The position numbers and the translations under genes are program-made. Source: Burkholderiales bacterium (GTDB lineage: Bacteria; Pseudomonadota; Gammaproteobacteria; Burkholderiales; SG8-39). Taken from it: a DNA stretch of 64,000 nucleotides. The stretch lies in assembly GCA_038206915.1 (NCBI GenBank), contig JBBRAI010000007.1, forward strand, positions 12,005 through 76,004. The letters are read 5' to 3'. Of the stretch, positions 21,297 to 31,022 are shown one piece after another (position 1 is the first letter of the stretch; the number at the start of each line of letters is the position of its first letter). Under the pieces are notes generated by a model, which did not search any database, was not told the DNA's origin, and saw only the letters and a list, made by a program, of their open reading frames with translations.

Positions 21297-21956
21297 CTAC
21301 GCGGTCGCGGTTTCGGCCTGGCGCATGGCGTCTAGCAGCGCCTGCGCTCCCTGCGCGCCGGACACCGCGACTTTGCCGTTGAAAATGAAGAACGGCACGC
21401 CCTGCACGCCGATGGCGCGCGCGCGCTGGTCTTCGCTTTCTACCGCTTTGCGCGACTGCGGGTCGTCCAGGCATTGCTCCGCCTGCGTCCGGCCCAGACC
21501 GGCGACGGCGGCGATGGCAACCAGGTTTTCCGCTTTGGTCAAGTCGACGCCGTCGAGGAAGTAGGCGCGAAGCAGGGCCTCTTTGACCCGGTCCTGCAAT
21601 TCATCGGTGCCAGCCGGATCTGCGCCGGCGAGCGCGATCAAGCTGTGCGCCGCGACGGTGTTGGGCTGGCGCACGATCCTGTCGAAGGCGAACGCAATGC
21701 CGTTCTCGACGCCGACCGCGGTGACCCGTGCATAGACGTCTTTCGCGCGCGCGGCACCGAATTTCTGCAGCACGTAGTCCTGCCGGCTCATGCCCTCGGG
21801 CGGCAACTGCGGATTAAGCTGAAACGGCCGCCAGTGTATTCGCGGCTTATCCTCGCCGGCGTGTTCCTGCGCGTACAGCGCGAGCGCCGCCTCGATCTGG
21901 CGCTTGCCTATGTAGCACCAAGGGCAGACCACGTCGGAAATGATGTCGATGTTCAT
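21297..21956 (-). CDS. DsbA-family oxidoreductase (FrnE / 2-hydroxychromene-2-carboxylate isomerase-like)
   Basis: 219 aa starting MNIDIISDVVCPWCYIGKRQ (CPWC active site). No signal peptide. Confidence 0.85.
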   Translation of the reverse strand: MNIDIISDVVCPWCYIGKRQIEAALALYAQEHAGEDKPRIHWRPFQLNPQLPPEGMSRQDYVLQKFGAARAKDVYARVTAVGVENGIAFAFDRIVRQPNTVAAHSLIALAGADPAGTDELQDRVKEALLRAYFLDGVDLTKAENLVAIAAVAGLGRTQAEQCLDDPQSRKAVESEDQRARAIGVQGVPFFIFNGKVAVSGAQGAQALLDAMRQAETATA

Positions 21957-22062
21957 ATTGGTCTCCTTGCGCGTGCCGGCTTGCTGCCGACGGGGATGAG
22001 GGTTGCCGCGGCGATGCCTCATGGGCGGCGCGGCAAGCATGCTCGCTACCTTACTACATTAG

Positions 22063-22764
22063 TCAAGCGCTTTGCTGGCCCAGCGCCTCCAGCACCACCA
22101 GCATCTTGTTGCTGAGGTGACTGCGCAACAGGGCCGACAGTTCAGCGCTGTCGCGCCGCGACAGTGCATCGAGAATTTGCTGATGCTCCTCCACCGCGTG
22201 GTCCCAGCGCTCCGGCGAAAGGTTCGCCATGTAGCGCGCGCGGCGCACGTGCCCGTTCAATGCGCGGTAAGTGTTGGCCAGCGTCGCATTGCCGGTACAG
22301 ACGACCAGGCGCAGGTGTATCTCCTGATTGCAGCGGAAATACGGCGCGAGTTCGCCGCGCGCGTGATGCGCCAGCATTTGATAGTGCAGCGCGCGGATCT
22401 CGGCGATGTCGGCCTCGCTCGCGTTGGCGCAGGCCAGTTCGCCCGCGAGCCCCTCCAGCGTACCCAGGAGCACGAATATTTCGCGCACCGTCGTGGCGGT
22501 AATCGGCGTGACGATCGCGCCGCGGTTGGGCAGCAATTCAACCAGGCCCTCGGAGGCGAGGTATTTGATCGCCTCGCGCACCGGGGTGCGCGAGGTGCGC
22601 AGGCGCTCGCACAGCACGCGCTCGTTCAATTTCACCCCCGGCGCGAGTTCGCCCTGAATGATCAGGTCGCGCAGGCGTTCGACCACTTCAGCCGCAAGCA
22701 GGCGCGGCTCGCCCAGCGCTTCGGCACGCACGCTGGCGGAGACACTCGCTTGTGTTTGGTCCAT
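22063..22764 (-). CDS. GntR-family (FCD-type) transcriptional regulator
   Basis: Starts MDQTQASVS. Winged HTH (LNERVLCERLRTSRTPVREAIKYLASEGLVELLPNRGAIV) plus an FCD-like C-terminal domain. Divergent from the aminotransferase/TRAP block. Confidence 0.88.
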   Translation of the reverse strand: MDQTQASVSASVRAEALGEPRLLAAEVVERLRDLIIQGELAPGVKLNERVLCERLRTSRTPVREAIKYLASEGLVELLPNRGAIVTPITATTVREIFVLLGTLEGLAGELACANASEADIAEIRALHYQMLAHHARGELAPYFRCNQEIHLRLVVCTGNATLANTYRALNGHVRRARYMANLSPERWDHAVEEHQQILDALSRRDSAELSALLRSHLSNKMLVVLEALGQQSA

Positions 22765-22774
22765 ATTGATATAG

Positions 22775-22897
22775 ATTTTGTATGCATAATACGCCGCCTC
22801 GGGGCACATGGCAACGCTAGTACATGTTCATATAAACAAGGTACTATATAATGCGTTGACGCATGTCCGGAAGATATGATTGAATTGCATACAAAAT
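22775..22897. promoter_or_regulatory. Divergent control region with a 12-bp perfect inverted repeat pair (candidate operators)
   Basis: attttgtatgca (22775-22786) and its exact reverse complement tgcatacaaaat (22886-22897) bracket an AT-rich stretch between the GntR gene and the aminotransferase gene. Confidence 0.4.
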
Positions 22898-22950
22898 AGC
22901 TGCGTGGCGCGGGCAACGCAGCCTGTCATTCCTGTCGCGAGGAACTCGTC

Positions 22951-24150
22951 ATGACTTTTAACAGCGGTCGTCACTTCCTGCAAATTCCCGGACCGACCAA
23001 CGTGCCCGATCGCGTCCTGCGTGCCATCGACTATCCCACCATGGACCACCGTGGTCCGAAGTTCGGCACGCTGGGGCTGGAGATCATCGACGGCCTCAAA
23101 CACATATTCCAGACGCAGCAGCCGGTGGTGATCTACCCGGCCTCGGGCACCGGCGCCTGGGAAGCCGCGCTGGTCAACTGTTTCTCTCCGGGCGACAAGT
23201 TGTTGATGGTCGAGACCGGGCACTTCGCCAGCCTGTGGCAAAAAATGGCGGGAAAGCTGGGCTTGCAGGTGGATTTGATTCCCACCGACTGGCGCCGCGG
23301 CGCCGATGCGGCCGCGGTGGGAGCGAAGTTGAAGGAAGACAAAGGGCACGCGATCAAGGCGGTGTGCGTGGTGCACAACGAAACCTCCACCGGCGCCACC
23401 AGCCGCATTGCGCTGGTGCGCAAGGCGATCGACGCGGCGAATCATCCGGTGCTGTACATGGTCGACACGATTTCCTCGCTCGCATCGATCGACTACCGCC
23501 ACGACGAGTGGGGCGTGGACGTGACCGTGGCCGGCTCGCAGAAGGGCCTGATGCTGCCGCCGGGACTGTCGTTCAATGCGGTCAGCGAAAAAGCGCGCAA
23601 GGCGGCGCAGTCGGCCAGGCTGCCCAAGTCCTACTGGGCCTGGGACGAAATGATAAGCGCCAACAAGACCGGCTACTTTCCCTATACACCGGCGACCAAC
23701 CTACTGTACGGCCTGCGCGAGGCGATCGATATGCTGAAGGAAGAGGGCTTGCCGCAGGTATTTGCGCGGCACGCGCGCCATGCCGAGGCGACACGGCGCG
23801 CGGTGCGCGCCTGGGGGCTGGAGATCCTCTGCGTCAACGCCGAGGAATACAGCAACACGCTCACTGCGGTTATGATGCCGGCCGACCATGACGCCGATGC
23901 GCTCAGGAAGACCATACTCGAAGCCTATGACATGTCCCTGGGCACCGGCCTGGGACGGCTCGCGGGCAAGATATTCCGCATCGGCCACCTCGGCGATTTC
24001 AATGATCTCGCGCTGATGGGCACGCTCGCCGGCGTCGAGATGGGCCTGGCGCTGGCGGGCGTCCCGCACAAAAAGGGCGGGGCGCAGACCGCGGCGGACT
24101 ACCTGGTCGAGTGCGCCCGCGGCAAGGGCGCGCAGCGCGCCGCCGCTTGA
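22951..24150 (+). CDS. Class V aminotransferase (serine/alanine-glyoxylate/pyruvate aminotransferase-like)
   Basis: 399 aa. IPGPTNVPDRVLRA N-terminus, SGTGAWEAA, and SQKGLMLPPG containing the PLP lysine. Confidence 0.85.
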   Translation: MTFNSGRHFLQIPGPTNVPDRVLRAIDYPTMDHRGPKFGTLGLEIIDGLKHIFQTQQPVVIYPASGTGAWEAALVNCFSPGDKLLMVETGHFASLWQKMAGKLGLQVDLIPTDWRRGADAAAVGAKLKEDKGHAIKAVCVVHNETSTGATSRIALVRKAIDAANHPVLYMVDTISSLASIDYRHDEWGVDVTVAGSQKGLMLPPGLSFNAVSEKARKAAQSARLPKSYWAWDEMISANKTGYFPYTPATNLLYGLREAIDMLKEEGLPQVFARHARHAEATRRAVRAWGLEILCVNAEEYSNTLTAVMMPADHDADALRKTILEAYDMSLGTGLGRLAGKIFRIGHLGDFNDLALMGTLAGVEMGLALAGVPHKKGGAQTAADYLVECARGKGAQRAAA

Positions 24151-24158
24151 TTGCAGGA

Positions 24159-24180
24159 CCGGTCCCGCATGCGGGACCGG
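24159..24180. other. Perfect 22-nt palindrome (intercistronic hairpin)
   Basis: ccggtcccgc-at-gcgggaccgg lies 9 nt after the aminotransferase stop. No T-tract follows, so it is not a canonical terminator. Confidence 0.5.
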
Positions 24181-24232
24181 AGGTGAGGAGACTGCCCGCA
24201 TCCGCAGGGCGGCAATTTCGTAGGAGGATCAG

Positions 24233-25207
24233 ATGAAACTACTCAAACTGGGAACCATCGCAGCGCTTTGCGCAGCACCCCTCATTGCCGCGGCGCAGGG
24301 CATCGAACTCAAGCTCGGGCACGTAGGCGAACCCGGTTCGCTGATCGGAGCGGCGGCCGATGAGTTCGCCAAAAACGCCAACGCCAAGCTCGGCGGCAAG
24401 TACAAGGTGATGACCTACGGATCGAGCCAGCTCGGCGGCGACAAGGAAATGCTGCAGAAGCTCAAGCTCGGGACGCTGGACATGGTGGAGCCTTCCACCG
24501 TGATGTCCTCGGTGTCGGACATCTTTGGTGTATTCGAGATGCCGTATCTGGTCAAGGACCGCAAGCACATGCAGCGCATCGAAAAGGAACTGTTCTGGTC
24601 CAAGTTCGAGCCCGAGGTCGAAAAGAAGGGCTATAAGGTGTTGGCGCTGTGGGAGAACGGCTACCGCCACATCACCAACAACAAGCACCCGATCAATGTT
24701 CCGGCCGACCTCGACGGCATCAAGCTGCGCGTGCCCGAAGGCAAGTGGCGGGTGAAGATGTTCAAGGCCTACGGCGCCAACCCGAGCCCGATGAAGTTCT
24801 CCGAGGTGTTCACCGCGCTGCAGACCGGCGTCATGGACGGGCAGGAAAATCCCCTGGCGCAGATCGCCAGCGCCAAATTCTACGAGGTGCAGAAATACCT
24901 GTCGCTGACCGGCCACGTGTACACGCCCGCCTACCTCGTCGTCAGCACCACCGGCTGGGCCAAGCTGCCGGCCGACGTGCGCAAGATTCTCGAGGACACG
25001 GCAAAGGAGACACAGGCCTTCGTCTACGAGAAAGCGGCGCACGACGACGAAGCGCTGCTCGCGATGATGAAAGCTGCCGGCATCAAGGTAAACGTCGCCA
25101 ACAAGGATGCCTTCATCGCCGCATCGAAGCCGATATACGAGGAATTCGCCAAGGAAGTGCCGATGGCGAAGGACGTGATCGACCGCGCGATCGCGCTGGG
25201 AAAATAG
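24233..25207 (+). CDS. TRAP transporter substrate-binding protein (DctP family), system 1
   Basis: 324 aa. Signal peptide and DctP-family body (LKLGHVGEPGS..., EMPYLVKD, NGYRHITNN). Confidence 0.88.
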   Translation: MKLLKLGTIAALCAAPLIAAAQGIELKLGHVGEPGSLIGAAADEFAKNANAKLGGKYKVMTYGSSQLGGDKEMLQKLKLGTLDMVEPSTVMSSVSDIFGVFEMPYLVKDRKHMQRIEKELFWSKFEPEVEKKGYKVLALWENGYRHITNNKHPINVPADLDGIKLRVPEGKWRVKMFKAYGANPSPMKFSEVFTALQTGVMDGQENPLAQIASAKFYEVQKYLSLTGHVYTPAYLVVSTTGWAKLPADVRKILEDTAKETQAFVYEKAAHDDEALLAMMKAAGIKVNVANKDAFIAASKPIYEEFAKEVPMAKDVIDRAIALGK

Positions 25208-25294
25208 CAAGGGCGGCGTTGCCTGCGGGCGGGGTTGCCCCGCCTGCATCGACGCGGCCGGGGCAGCGATGCACACCAGATCGGAGGCGGTTGC

Positions 25295-25801
25295 ATGAGT
25301 CTTGACGGGGTTCGCGCAAACTACGAACGCGCGCTGGAATGGCTGGTGGTGGTGCTCATGGCGGCGCTCGCCGCAGAGGTCACCATCGGCGTGGTATTCC
25401 GCACTTTCGGGGAATCCCTCGAGTGGTATGACGAGATCGCCGCCATCCTGCTCGCCTGGCTTACCTTCTACGGCTCGGCACTCGCTTCGGTAAAGCGCGC
25501 GCACATCGGCTGCCCGGAAGTCATGGCGCTGTTGCCGCACAAGATCAAGTTCGTCTTTCGCGTGATTGCCGAAATCATCACCATCACCTTCTTTCTGTTG
25601 ATGGGCTGGGCCGGGTATCGGGTGCTGGGCGTGCTCAACACCGACTACCTGATCACCCTGCCCTCCGTCCCGGTGAGCTGGGTGCAATCGGTGGTACCGA
25701 TCAGCGCGGTGCTGATCGTCGCGGCCGAACTCATCACGCTGCCCAAGGTGCTCGCCAACGCGCAGGCCAGCTCCGGAATCGCCGGCGGAGCGTCGCACTG
25801 A
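25295..25801 (+). CDS. TRAP transporter small permease (DctQ), system 1
   Basis: About 168 aa with 4 TM segments. Its stop overlaps the dctM start (TGATG). Confidence 0.8.
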   Translation: MSLDGVRANYERALEWLVVVLMAALAAEVTIGVVFRTFGESLEWYDEIAAILLAWLTFYGSALASVKRAHIGCPEVMALLPHKIKFVFRVIAEIITITFFLLMGWAGYRVLGVLNTDYLITLPSVPVSWVQSVVPISAVLIVAAELITLPKVLANAQASSGIAGGASH

Positions 25802-27084
25802 TGGAAATACTGCTCCTGTTCGGCTGCGTTCTGGTGCTGGTGGTGATCGACGTGCCCATCGCCGTATCGCTCGGCGTCGTCGCCGTCGTTGCCATGCTCT
25901 CCACGCAGGGTTTCTCGGCGCTACCGAATTTCCCCATCGTGCTCTACAACGGCGCCACCAGCTTCCCGCTGATCGCGATTCCGCTGTTCATCCTCGCCGG
26001 CGCCATCATGAATTCCTCCGGCATCTCCAGGCGCCTGATCGACTTTGCCTCCGCACTGCTCGGTTTTACGCGCGGCGGCCTGGCGATGGTGGGCATCGGG
26101 GCTTCGATGTTCTTTGCCGAGCTCTCGGGTTCCGCGGTGGCCGGCATTTCGGCGCTGGGACCGATACTGATCCCCGCGATGAAGTCCAAGGGCTACCCCG
26201 CGCCGCTCGCGGCTGCGGTGATGTCCTCCGCGGCTACGCTCGCGATTATCATCCCGCCTTCGATACCGATGATCCTGTATGCGGTCATGGCCGGGACTTC
26301 GGTAGTGAAAATGTTCGTCGCAGGTATCATCCCCGGCATCCTCGGCGGCTTCGGCCTGATGGGCGCGGCCTACGGTTTCGCGCGCCGCTACAACCTGCCG
26401 ATCGAGGAGAAATTCAATTGGGCGCGCCTGCGCAGCAGTTTTCGCGAGGCGTCCTGGTCCTTCGCCCTGCCAATCATCATCCTTGGCGGAATATTCGGCG
26501 GCTTCGTGACCGCCACCGAGGGCGCGGCGCTGGCGGTGGTAGCAGCGCTGTTCCTCGGCATGGTGATCTACCGCGAACTCGATCTGAAGCATCTCAAGAG
26601 CACCATGATCGACGGCGGCGTGCAGACGGCGGTGGTGATGCTGCTGGTGGCGTGTTCGGCGCTGCTGGGCTCCTATCTGACTGAAATCCAGGCGCCGCAG
26701 AATCTTGCCAAAGCCGTCTCTGACATAACCACCAACAAGTATGTCGTCCTGGCTCTGCTCAACCTGGTGTTCCTGCTGCTGGGCATGTTTCTGCACTCGG
26801 CCGCGGCGATCATTCTGGTGGTGCCGGTGGTAATGCCGCTGGTCAACGCGGCGGGCATAGACCCGGTGCATTTCGGGCTGGTCGTCACCCTCAACCTCGC
26901 CATCGGCCAGCAGACGCCGCCGGTAGCCAGCGTCCTGATGGTGGCCTGCTCCATCGCCAAGGCGAGCGTTTGGGATGTCACCAAGGTCAATATTTATTTC
27001 ATCGGCGTACTGTTTGCACTGCTGATGCTCGTTACCTATGTACCGGTCACCGGCATGGGGCTGGTGCAACTCTTCTACAAGTAG
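25801..27084 (+). CDS. TRAP transporter large permease (DctM), system 1
   Basis: 427-aa polytopic DctM-family protein. Confidence 0.9.
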   Translation: MEILLLFGCVLVLVVIDVPIAVSLGVVAVVAMLSTQGFSALPNFPIVLYNGATSFPLIAIPLFILAGAIMNSSGISRRLIDFASALLGFTRGGLAMVGIGASMFFAELSGSAVAGISALGPILIPAMKSKGYPAPLAAAVMSSAATLAIIIPPSIPMILYAVMAGTSVVKMFVAGIIPGILGGFGLMGAAYGFARRYNLPIEEKFNWARLRSSFREASWSFALPIIILGGIFGGFVTATEGAALAVVAALFLGMVIYRELDLKHLKSTMIDGGVQTAVVMLLVACSALLGSYLTEIQAPQNLAKAVSDITTNKYVVLALLNLVFLLLGMFLHSAAAIILVVPVVMPLVNAAGIDPVHFGLVVTLNLAIGQQTPPVASVLMVACSIAKASVWDVTKVNIYFIGVLFALLMLVTYVPVTGMGLVQLFYK

Positions 27085-27089
27085 GAGCC

Positions 27090-27869
27090 ATGAGCGAAAC
27101 CATACTGGTAGGGCGCGACGCCGCGGTCGCGACCGTAGTGCTGAACAACCCGGATAAACTGAACGCGCTCAACTTCGCCATGTGGATGCGGCTGGGCGAA
27201 GTCATGCGCGAGCTCGACGCCGACGACGGCGTGCGCTGCATCGTGCTGCGCGGCGCCGGCAACAAGGCCTTCGCGGCCGGTGCCGACATTTCCGAATTCG
27301 AAACGACGCGCAGGAACGCGAGCGTGGCGAAGGAGTACGGCGACAAGATCGAAGGCACGATGCGCGCGGTGGCCGAATGCCGCCACCCGACGCTGGCCAT
27401 GATCCACGGCGCCTGCGTCGGCGGCGGCCTGGAAATCGCGTCGCAATGCGACTTGCGCATCTGCGGCGAATCGAGCCGCTTCGGCATCCCGATCAACAAG
27501 CTCGGCCTGGTGGTGGGCTACGGAGAAATGGCGGCGCTGGTCGACCTCGTCGGACGCGCCACAGCGCTGGAGATCCTGCTTGAGGGGCGCGTGTTCGGCG
27601 CCGCGGAGGCTAAGGAAAAGGGCTTGGTCAGCCGCGTCGTCGCCGACGAGCAGGTGGAGGCGGAGGCGCAGGCAGCGGCCGCGCGCATCGCTGCGGGGGC
27701 GCCGCTGGTGGCGCGCTGGCACAAGAAATTCGCGCGCCGTCTGGCCGATCCGCGGCCGCTCACGGAAGCCGAACGCGACGAGGGCTATGCCTGCTTCGAC
27801 ACCGAGGACTACCGCATCGGTTTCAACGCCTTCCTCGCCAAGACCAGGCCAGAGTTCAGAGGGCGGTGA
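27090..27869 (+). CDS. Enoyl-CoA hydratase/isomerase (crotonase) family protein
   Basis: 259 aa starting MSETILVGRD. Crotonase oxyanion-hole region (LRGAGNKAFAAGADISEF, GACVGGGLEIA). Confidence 0.88.
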   Translation: MSETILVGRDAAVATVVLNNPDKLNALNFAMWMRLGEVMRELDADDGVRCIVLRGAGNKAFAAGADISEFETTRRNASVAKEYGDKIEGTMRAVAECRHPTLAMIHGACVGGGLEIASQCDLRICGESSRFGIPINKLGLVVGYGEMAALVDLVGRATALEILLEGRVFGAAEAKEKGLVSRVVADEQVEAEAQAAAARIAAGAPLVARWHKKFARRLADPRPLTEAERDEGYACFDTEDYRIGFNAFLAKTRPEFRGR

Positions 27870-28040
27870 AGCGCGCCGCGCACGGCGCAGGAATGCTGCG
27901 ACGCAATGCCGGCTGGTTTGTATCCTGAGCGCGGTCGGCCTAAAATGTTGCACCCGGCTGCGCTCACAGTCATAACCATACCCCGGCAAACGGGGAGGGT
28001 ATTAGCGTAGGACCTTTCGACAAACCTGGAGGAGTTAGCA

Positions 28041-29042
28041 ATGTTCAAGCAAAAGCACATAGGCATCGCGGTGGCGCTGATCGCTGCGGCCGTAAGCGGT
28101 TCCGCGCTCGCGGCCAACGTCACGCTGCGCGCCTCGCACCAGTTCCCCGGCGGCAAAGGCGATCCGCGCGACGAAATGGTGCAGATCATCGCGCGAGAGG
28201 CCAAGGCGGCCAATGTCGGGCTCGAAATTCAAGTCTATCCCGGCGCATCGCTGTTCAAGGCGAACGAGCAATGGAATGCGCTGGTCAACGGCCAGCTCGA
28301 TATCTCCTCGTTTCCGCTCGACTATGCCAGCGGCAAGGTCCGCGCATTCGGCGCTACGCTGATGCCCGGCCTGGTGCGCAATCACCAGCGCGCTGCGCGG
28401 CTGAATGACTCGAAGTTCATGACAGACATCAAGGCGAAGATCGAAAAGGCCGGCGCCATCGTGCTGTCGGATGCCTGGCTCGCCGGTGCGGTTGCCTCGA
28501 AGAAGGCCTGCATCCGCACACCGGCCGACATCAAAGGGCTGAAGATCCGCTCCGCGGGTCCGACCTTCGCCGCGATGTGGCAGGCGGCGGGCGCCTCGAT
28601 CGTCTCGATCCCGAGCAACGAAGTCTATAACGCGCTGCAAACCGGCGTCGCCGATGCGACCGATACCAGCACCGGCAGCTTTGTCTCATTTCGCATCTAC
28701 GAGCAGGTGAAGTGCGTCACCGCACCGGGCGAGAACGCGCTTTGGTTCATGTACGAGCCGGTGCTGATGTCGAAAAAGGCGTTCGATAAACTGGACAAGA
28801 ACCAGCAGGCGGTATTGCTGAAGGCCGGGAAGAAAGCGCAGGACTACTTCGGCAAAGAAGCCGAAGACCTGGATGAAAAGATGGTCAAAGCGTTCAAGGA
28901 GCACAACGTCGAAGTGGTGACGATGACCCCGGCGGAGTACGACGCGTGGATCAAGGTAGCCAAGGAAAGCTCGTACGCGAGCTTCGCCAAGGAAGTGCCC
29001 GACGGCCAGCAGCTGATCGACGAGGCGCTGAGCGTCAAGTAA
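28041..29042 (+). CDS. TRAP transporter substrate-binding protein (DctP family), system 2
   Basis: 333 aa with signal peptide MFKQKHIGIAVALIAAAVSGSALA. DctP-type fold, but clearly diverged from system 1. Confidence 0.85.
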   Translation: MFKQKHIGIAVALIAAAVSGSALAANVTLRASHQFPGGKGDPRDEMVQIIAREAKAANVGLEIQVYPGASLFKANEQWNALVNGQLDISSFPLDYASGKVRAFGATLMPGLVRNHQRAARLNDSKFMTDIKAKIEKAGAIVLSDAWLAGAVASKKACIRTPADIKGLKIRSAGPTFAAMWQAAGASIVSIPSNEVYNALQTGVADATDTSTGSFVSFRIYEQVKCVTAPGENALWFMYEPVLMSKKAFDKLDKNQQAVLLKAGKKAQDYFGKEAEDLDEKMVKAFKEHNVEVVTMTPAEYDAWIKVAKESSYASFAKEVPDGQQLIDEALSVK

Positions 29043-29133
29043 CACACCGGTCCGGTGGCGGACGACGAATGCCGTTCGCCACCAATCATCCTTCAAGCTA
29101 ACCGGCTCGCAAAGCGCGGGCGTGGGGTTGTTC

Positions 29134-29649
29134 ATGGACCTGTTTGTCCGCAGCGTCAAGTCCGTCTCGCAGCTGTTCGGCTTCATCGCCGCCGGTTTGA
29201 TCGCGCTCAGCGTCCTCGTCGTGTGTCACATGGTGTTTGTGCGCTACGTGCTCAACCAGAACACCATCTGGCAGACTGATTTCGTCACTTACAGCCTGGT
29301 CGCGGCGACGTTCCTCGGCAGCTCCTTCGTGCTGACAACGCGCGGCCATGTTGCGGTCGACATCCTGCCGCTGTATTCCGGGCCGCGCCAGCGCTGGTGG
29401 CTCGCGCTGTTTGCCGCCCTGGTGACCTTGTTCTTCTGCGCGGCGATGACGGTGCTCACGTTCCTGTTCTGGAGGGAATCCTGGGACAACAGATGGGTGT
29501 CGGATACGATGTGGCGCGCGCGCCTGTGGATCCCTTACGCCGCCATGCCCGTGGGCCTGGGTCTGCTGACGCTGCAATGCCTCGCCGATCTGGTCAGCCT
29601 CGTGAGTGGCCGCGAACCCCCGTTCGGCATAGTCAAGGAGCATCGCTGA
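29134..29649 (+). CDS. TRAP transporter small permease (DctQ), system 2
   Basis: 4-TM protein. ATG 29134 (MDLFVRS) is preferred over the track GTG at 29122. Confidence 0.78.
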   Translation: MDLFVRSVKSVSQLFGFIAAGLIALSVLVVCHMVFVRYVLNQNTIWQTDFVTYSLVAATFLGSSFVLTTRGHVAVDILPLYSGPRQRWWLALFAALVTLFFCAAMTVLTFLFWRESWDNRWVSDTMWRARLWIPYAAMPVGLGLLTLQCLADLVSLVSGREPPFGIVKEHR

Positions 29650-30965
29650 TGAGCCCCGGCATGCAAGGCGCCATGGTGCTGCTGCTCACGCTGGTAATGC
29701 TGCTGTCGGGCGCGCCGGTGGCTTTCGGCCTCGGCGCGATCTCGATCGTGTTCATCGTCATCTTCCAGGGTTTCGACGCTTTGCATGTGGTGGCCGAGAC
29801 CTTCTACTCGGGCCTCAACGACTTCACCCTGGTGTCGATTCCGATGTTCGTCATGATGGGCGCCGCGATCGGCTCTTCGCCGGCGGGCAAGGACCTTTAT
29901 GAAGCGCTCGATCGCTGGCTCTATCGCCTGCCGGGCGGACTTGCAATCTCGAACCTCGGCGCCTGCGCCATATTCGCCGCGCTCACCGGATCTTCGCCCG
30001 CGTGTTGCGCCGCCATCGGCAAGATGGGCATCCCCGAGATGCGCCGGCGCGGCTATCCGGACGACGTGGCGACGGGCTCGATTTGCGCCGGCGGCACGCT
30101 CGGCATTCTGATTCCGCCGTCGATCACTTTCATCCTCTACGGCATCGCGACCGAGACTTCGATCGGGCGACTGTTTCTCGCCGGCGTCCTGCCCGGCCTG
30201 ATGCTTACCAGCTTGTTCATCATCTGGACACTGTTCATTATCTGGAAAAGAGGGTTTCGCTCGCACGCGCTCGACTTCCGCTACACCTGGAAACAGAAAT
30301 TCCAGTCGATTCCGAAGATTGCCCCGTTCATAGCGATTATCGCGGGGGTGATGTACGTACTCTACGGCGGTATCGCCACACCGTCGGAGGCGGCCGGCGT
30401 GGGGGCCGCACTGTGCGTGGTGATGGCGGTGGTGATCTACCGCATGTGGCGGCCGAAGGAATGGTGGGCGATTTTACGCGACACCACCCGAGAGTCTGTG
30501 ATGATCCTGATGATTATCGCCGCCGCCGTGCTGTTCGGCTACATGCTCACCTCACTCTATCTCACGCAGACGCTTGCGCTGGCTATCGCCGACATGCACG
30601 TCAACCGCTGGGTGCTGATGGGAATGATCAACGTGTTCCTGTTGATATGCGGATTCTTTATCCCGCCGGCCGCGGTGATCCTGATGACCGCACCTATCCT
30701 GTATCCCATCATCAAGGCGGCAGGCTTCGACCCGGTTTGGTTCGGCGTAATCCTAACGATCAACATGGAAATCGGGCTGATTCATCCGCCGGTGGGCCTG
30801 AACATCTATATCGTCAGTTCGATCGCGCCCGACGTGCCGGTCACGCGCATCATGTGGGGCACCATCCCTTACGTGCTGTGCATGATGCTGGCGATCGTGA
30901 TCCTATGCATTTTTCCCGAGATCGCTACCTGGCTACCCGATCACATGATGGGCGGCGTCCACTGA
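29649..30965 (+). CDS. TRAP transporter large permease (DctM), system 2
   Basis: 438 aa starting MSPGMQGAMVLLL. TGATG overlap with dctQ. The long upstream part of the track ORF (from 29397) overlaps dctQ in another frame. Confidence 0.9.
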   Translation: MSPGMQGAMVLLLTLVMLLSGAPVAFGLGAISIVFIVIFQGFDALHVVAETFYSGLNDFTLVSIPMFVMMGAAIGSSPAGKDLYEALDRWLYRLPGGLAISNLGACAIFAALTGSSPACCAAIGKMGIPEMRRRGYPDDVATGSICAGGTLGILIPPSITFILYGIATETSIGRLFLAGVLPGLMLTSLFIIWTLFIIWKRGFRSHALDFRYTWKQKFQSIPKIAPFIAIIAGVMYVLYGGIATPSEAAGVGAALCVVMAVVIYRMWRPKEWWAILRDTTRESVMILMIIAAAVLFGYMLTSLYLTQTLALAIADMHVNRWVLMGMINVFLLICGFFIPPAAVILMTAPILYPIIKAAGFDPVWFGVILTINMEIGLIHPPVGLNIYIVSSIAPDVPVTRIMWGTIPYVLCMMLAIVILCIFPEIATWLPDHMMGGVH

Positions 30966-31022
30966 AGCTTCGTCGGCCCCCAACCGAGTAGCGCATTCGC
31001 CATTATTTAGGAAATCCATCTC

